Below, piece after piece: positions 6,978-11,711 of a DNA stretch of 11,711 bases (the first letter of the stretch is position 1; each line of letters begins with the position of its first letter). Below the pieces are notes generated by a model. It ran no database searches. It was not told the DNA's origin and saw only the letters and a list, made by a program, of their open reading frames with translations. Position numbers and translations under genes: made by a program. The stretch comes from an uncultured Deinococcales bacterium. GTDB taxonomy: Bacteria > Deinococcota > Deinococci > Deinococcales > JAAFIG01. The DNA is taken from contig CAXTKV010000118.1 in assembly GCA_964244895.1 (NCBI GenBank), positions 4,767 through 16,477 of the forward strand. Reading direction: 5' to 3'.

Positions 6978-8009
6978 ATGACTGAAGTTGCCACACTCAA
7001 CGATGTCGCACGGATCGCCGGGGTTTCCCCGAGCACCGTTTCGAGGATCTTGAACGGCTCGGCGGTCGTGGCTCGAGATAAGCGCGAACGCGTCCTGCAC
7101 GCCGTGAAACAGCTCGGCTATCGACCGAACGTGATGGCCCGCGGCCTCGCCAGGGGTCAATCGATGAGCATCGGCGTGCTCACGCAAGCGATTTCAAGCC
7201 CGTTCTACGGTGAAACCCTGGCCGGAATCGAGGAAGGCCTGGCTGGCAGCGGTTACCACCCGATCTTCGTCAGCGGTCACTGGCAGATCAGCGAGGAGCG
7301 CGAGGCGATCGAGGTCTTGACCAGCCGCCGAGTCGACGCGATCATCCTGACCGGCTCGAGCGTGCCAGACAAGGAATTGCGCGCACTGGCGGGCAGGATG
7401 CCGTTGGTGATCGTCGGACGCGGCGTGCCGGGGCTCGAGGATCGCTGCATCTGCGTGGACAACACGGCGGCAGAATCGCTCGGCGTACAACACTTGATCA
7501 CGCTCGGGCATCGTCGGATCGCGTACCTGACGGGCATCGCCAGCGGCCAGAAGGACGCCTTCGAGCGGTTTGAAGCCTACAAGAAGACCCTCGAGTGCGC
7601 CGAGATTGCGTTCGATCCAGCCCTGGTGGTCGAGGGGGATTACACCGAACGTTCCGGGTTATTTGCGGTCGAATCGCTCTTCACCAGGGGCGCACTGTTC
7701 ACGGCTCTCGCTTGCGCCAACGATCAATCGGCCTACGGGGCGCGCCTGGCGCTCTATCGGCGCGGCATCCGCGTGCCGGAAGACGTGTCGTTGGTCGGTT
7801 TCGACGATTTGCAAAGCTCTGCCTACACCACGCCGCCCATGACCACGGTGCGCCAACCGATCGTGGCGATGGGTCGCACGGCATCGCTGATGGCGATCTC
7901 TTTGCTGTCCGGGCAAGCATTTGAGCACACCGGTCACGTGGCCGAACTGATCGTGCGCGAATCGACGGCCATGCTGCGCGGAGCCCGCACCGAACGGAGC
8001 GCTTCGTGA
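6978..8009 (+). CDS. LacI/GalR-family transcriptional regulator
   Basis: HTH TLNDVARIAGVSPSTVSRILNG, hinge LGYRPNVMARGL, sugar-binding-domain motifs ANDQSA, VPEDVSLVGFDD, TTVRQP and LIVRESTA. Start at ATG 6978 (MTEVATL). Confidence 0.95.
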   Translation: MTEVATLNDVARIAGVSPSTVSRILNGSAVVARDKRERVLHAVKQLGYRPNVMARGLARGQSMSIGVLTQAISSPFYGETLAGIEEGLAGSGYHPIFVSGHWQISEEREAIEVLTSRRVDAIILTGSSVPDKELRALAGRMPLVIVGRGVPGLEDRCICVDNTAAESLGVQHLITLGHRRIAYLTGIASGQKDAFERFEAYKKTLECAEIAFDPALVVEGDYTERSGLFAVESLFTRGALFTALACANDQSAYGARLALYRRGIRVPEDVSLVGFDDLQSSAYTTPPMTTVRQPIVAMGRTASLMAISLLSGQAFEHTGHVAELIVRESTAMLRGARTERSAS

Positions 8010-8083
8010 ACGAGCGCTTTCGTCGACCAGAGCTTCAGTGGGGTAGAGACATGATCCAGCCAAGAATCGATTCATCCTGAGCT

Positions 8084-8097
8084 TGAAAGCGCTTGCA
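8084..8097. promoter_or_regulatory. LacI-type operator upstream of the ABC transporter genes
   Basis: TGAAAGCGCTTGCA matches the reverse complement of the 6846-6859 site (TGAAAGCGCTGTCA) at 12/14; the central AGCGCT is typical of LacI operators. Confidence 0.7.
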
Positions 8098-8181
8098 CTT
8101 CCGGCGATCCGCAACCCTTCACCCTCTCGCGCCTCGAGACCACCAAGTGAATCTCGAGCCCGCACCACCCAAGGAGTTCAG

Positions 8182-9441
8182 ATGAAAAAAGCCCTGACCA
8201 TCAGCGTTTTGCTCGCCGCCGGAGTCGCCGTCAGCCTCGGCGCAGCCCAGAACGACAAAGTTAAACTGACCGTCGCGGCCTTCCCGAGCCTCGACGATTC
8301 CGTCAAGGTGGCGCTGGCCGGATTCGCCAAGAAGTACCCGAACATCCAGATCGAACTGACTGCACTCCAGTACGGCGACCACCACAACGCGCTGACCACC
8401 GCCCTGGCGACCGGGCAGGGCTTGCACGATGTCGAAGCGATCGAGATCGGCTTCGTCGGCAAGTTCGCCGAGGGTCAGGGCTTGGAGGATCTCAACAAGG
8501 CGCCGTACAACGCCGGAATCTTCAAGAAGCTGTTCGTGCCCTACACCATCACGCAGGCCACCTCGAGCGACGGGCGTTTCATCGCCATGCCGACCGACAT
8601 CGGCCCCGGCACGACCTTCTACCGCAAGGATGTCCTGGAAAAGGCGGGTGTCAAGCCCGAAGAGTTGAACACCTGGGAAGGCTACGTCGAGGCGGGCAAG
8701 AAACTGCACGCCTCCGACAAGAAGCTTTTCATCATCAACAGCGCCGCCAGCGCCGCCAACCTGATCATCCGCTCGAACCTCAAGAGCGGCGAAGGCATCT
8801 ACTTCGATAAGACGAACGCCATCCTGGTCGGCCCGGACAACGCGCGCTTCATGAAGGCCTTCACCATCGCCAAGAAGATCCGCGAAGCCGGTATCGACGC
8901 CAAGATCGGCGAGTGGACCAACGAATGGTACGAGGGTTTCAAGTCCGGCACGGTCGCCACGCAGTTCTCCGGCGCGTGGTTGCAGGGTCAGTTCCAGAAC
9001 TGGATGGCTCCCGACACGAAGGGCCTGTGGCGCGTTCAGAACCTGCCGGACGGCGCGTACGCATCGTGGGGCGGTTCGTTCTACAGCATTCCGAGCTCCT
9101 CGAGCCACAAGGCTGAAGCCTGGAACTTCATCAAGTACATGACCATGGATCGCGCTCAGCAGATCGCGGTCTTCAAGTCCAACGGCGCGTTCCCGGCATT
9201 GAACAGCGCCTGGACGGACAAGTCATTCAATGAACCCGTCGATTTCCTCGGCGGCCAGAAGGCTCGCGAACTCTGGAAGGGTGCCGCCAAGCGCATCCAA
9301 CCCGTCGATGTCAACAAGTACGATTCCGTGGCCGAAACCATCGTTCAGACCGCGCTGAGCCAGGTGCTCGACGAGGGCAAGGACATCAAGACCGCCCTGA
9401 CCGAAGCCCGCGCCGAACTCGAGAAGCGCGTCCGTCGTTAA
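8182..9441 (+). CDS. Sugar ABC transporter substrate-binding protein (CUT1, SBP family 1); oligosaccharide substrate, possibly beta-glucoside or beta-galactoside
   Basis: SD AAGGAG at 8171-8176 and ATG at 8182. Signal peptide MKKALTISVLLAAGVAVSLGAAQ without a lipobox Cys. Motifs PTDIGP..FYRKD, WGGSFYSIP and AWNFIKY. Located upstream of two CUT1 permeases. The substrate is inferred only. Confidence 0.92.
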   Translation: MKKALTISVLLAAGVAVSLGAAQNDKVKLTVAAFPSLDDSVKVALAGFAKKYPNIQIELTALQYGDHHNALTTALATGQGLHDVEAIEIGFVGKFAEGQGLEDLNKAPYNAGIFKKLFVPYTITQATSSDGRFIAMPTDIGPGTTFYRKDVLEKAGVKPEELNTWEGYVEAGKKLHASDKKLFIINSAASAANLIIRSNLKSGEGIYFDKTNAILVGPDNARFMKAFTIAKKIREAGIDAKIGEWTNEWYEGFKSGTVATQFSGAWLQGQFQNWMAPDTKGLWRVQNLPDGAYASWGGSFYSIPSSSSHKAEAWNFIKYMTMDRAQQIAVFKSNGAFPALNSAWTDKSFNEPVDFLGGQKARELWKGAAKRIQPVDVNKYDSVAETIVQTALSQVLDEGKDIKTALTEARAELEKRVRR

Positions 9442-9450
9442 GTGAAGCGC

Positions 9451-9517
9451 GTGCGGGGAGGGACACCTCCTTCCCTCCCCGCACCCTTCGCTCGAGCCCG
9501 ATACGCGAGGGTTTTTT
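9451..9517 (+). terminator. Hairpins after the binding-protein gene (mRNA stabiliser and/or partial terminator)
   Basis: 13-bp stem GTGCGGGGAGGGA (9451-9463) / TCCCTCCCCGCAC (9472-9484). A second, bulged stem ACCCT(T)CGC...GCGAGGGT ends in a T-run at 9512-9517. Confidence 0.65.
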
Positions 9518-9584
9518 GGAGCCTCGCGGTTTCTCGTGACTCGAACCGGGAAGCTCGAAACGGCACGACCCGCAGAACCTACGA

Positions 9585-9643
9585 GAACACCGTCCAGCAC
9601 GCAACAAACCGTTGATCAAGAATCCGTGTGCTGGACGGTGTTC
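9585..9643. repeat. CACCGTCC-family inverted repeat; 18-bp arms, 23-nt spacer
   Basis: GAACACCGTCCAGCACGC (9585-9602) / GTGTGCTGGACGGTGTTC (9626-9643), with one G:T pair. Confidence 0.9.
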
Positions 9644-9869
9644 CCAATTCTCGATCCTCAGAATCCTCCGTTCGAGGTGAGCTGCGCTTCAAGCTCGAGA
9701 ATCACGAAAAGATGCGTCCTCGAGAACCCGCACTGAGACATCGCACAAACCAAATCGGGATTCCGAAAACAAAACATCAAATCTGAACGACTGAATTTCG
9801 AAGGCCACAATCCATTCACCCGAGCCCGCGATCCCGACCGAAATTCACGATACCGAAGGAGCCAAGCCC

Positions 9870-10838
<969 letters not shown>

Positions 10839-10841
10839 ATC

Positions 10842-11711
10842 GTGGCTCTCGAGATTCCAGCCTTGAAAACACCGTCCTCTCGGGTTCCCTCGAGCCTGCT
10901 GACCGGCGCAATCGTGATTCTGTTCGGCGCGCTGATCGCCGTGCCGCTCTACATGATGTTCGTCTTTGCCACCCAGCCCCGCGAGGTAATCTTCAAGTTC
11001 CCGCCGCCGTTGTGGTTCGGCAATTCGCTGGTTCACAACTACCAGGCCCTGATGACCGCCACCGAGGGCCGGTTCTGGCGAATCTTCTGGAACAGCACGT
11101 ACCTGTCGGTCGTGGCCACGGTCACGCAACTCTTTTTCTGTTCGCTGGCCGGGTACGCCTTCGCGATGTACGAATTCCGCTGGAAGGACAGGATGTTCGC
11201 CGTGCTGCAAGGCACGATGGCGATACCGGGGGCGCTCAACCTGATCCCGTTTTACTTGGTGATGTCCATGCTGAACAGCGTCTTCGGGCCTCTGGACACT
11301 GCGATTCACAGCCTCATGCCGTGGTTCCCGAGCTTGCTGTGGCTCGGCACGCCCAAAGCCCTGTGGTTTCCGGGCATGGCTGCGGCCTTCGGCATTTTTC
11401 AGATGCGTCAGTACATTCAAAGCGCCATCCCCAAGGAACTCGTCGAGGCCGCCCGGATCGATGGCTGCACCGAATTCGGGATTTTCCGGCGGATCATCCT
11501 GCCGCTCTCGAGACCCGCCTTGGGCACGCTCGGGCTGGTGACGTTCATCGGGACGTGGAACGAATTCGTGATCTCGAGCATCATGTTTCGCGCCAAGGAA
11601 ACCCAGACCTTGCAGACCCTGATCCGTTTGATCTCGGGCGGTACGACCTCGACGAACGTCGATTACGGCGGCGTGATGATGGGTACGGCCCTGACGGTGC
11701 TGCCGCTCTTG
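10842..11711 (+). CDS. Sugar ABC transporter permease (MalG/LacG-like), 3'-truncated by the window end
   Basis: Absent from the ORF track because it has no stop in the window. My translation from GTG 10842 (SD AAGGTGG at 10827-10833) gives MALEIPALKTPSSRVPSSLLTGAIVILFGALIAVPLYMMFVFATQP...SLAGYAFA...KELVEAARIDGCTEFGIFRRIILPL...FIGTWNEF and is open to 11711. Confidence 0.92.
   Translation, partial: MALEIPALKTPSSRVPSSLLTGAIVILFGALIAVPLYMMFVFATQPREVIFKFPPPLWFGNSLVHNYQALMTATEGRFWRIFWNSTYLSVVATVTQLFFCSLAGYAFAMYEFRWKDRMFAVLQGTMAIPGALNLIPFYLVMSMLNSVFGPLDTAIHSLMPWFPSLLWLGTPKALWFPGMAAAFGIFQMRQYIQSAIPKELVEAARIDGCTEFGIFRRIILPLSRPALGTLGLVTFIGTWNEFVISSIMFRAKETQTLQTLIRLISGGTTSTNVDYGGVMMGTALTVLPLL

Noticed and set aside
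6713..6985. Small ORFs around the tRNA and LacI leader (6339-6530, 6524-6712, 6541-6732, 6713-6985) and in the 9442-9869 spacer
   Set aside because: They overlap the tRNA, promoter, operator or hairpins, and lack SD or leaderless signals and recognisable motifs.
8119..9108. 329-aa minus-strand ORF, and similar overlapping ORFs 1852-2526, 2415-2981, 3577-4365, 5725-6483 and 585-1043
   Set aside because: They overlap well-supported genes on the opposite strand or in another frame, and their composition is typical of GC-rich shadow ORFs.

Overview
This is a GC-rich bacterial chromosomal window, most likely Deinococcota. That placement is inferred from a DrRRA-type OmpR regulator and from -10 boxes lying directly against start codons. 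Left to right it holds: a 5'-truncated Pro-rich LysM + NlpC/P60 peptidoglycan peptidase (+); an alpha/beta-fold esterase (+); a leftward regulatory cluster (REC-BTAD regulator, small secreted hypothetical protein, OmpR-family regulator, HAMP histidine kinase); initiator tRNA-fMet (+); and a LacI-controlled sugar ABC locus (LacI, binding protein, two permeases, the last one 3'-truncated). I see no mobile element, CRISPR array or defence gene. The gene content is ordinary; the unusual signals are at the DNA-word level. (1) The 8-mer CACCGTCC (extended AACACCGTCCAGCACG) occurs 12 times by hand count, 11 of them intergenic, mostly as inverted pairs with variable spacers downstream of genes. This resembles DNA-uptake-sequence or REP-like organisation. 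(2) The palindrome CTCGAG occurs about 44 times, roughly 10-fold over a base-composition estimate, and in all three reading frames, like cyanobacterial HIP1. Smaller signals are LacI operators, leaderless promoters and a 26-bp-period tandem repeat behind the tRNA.
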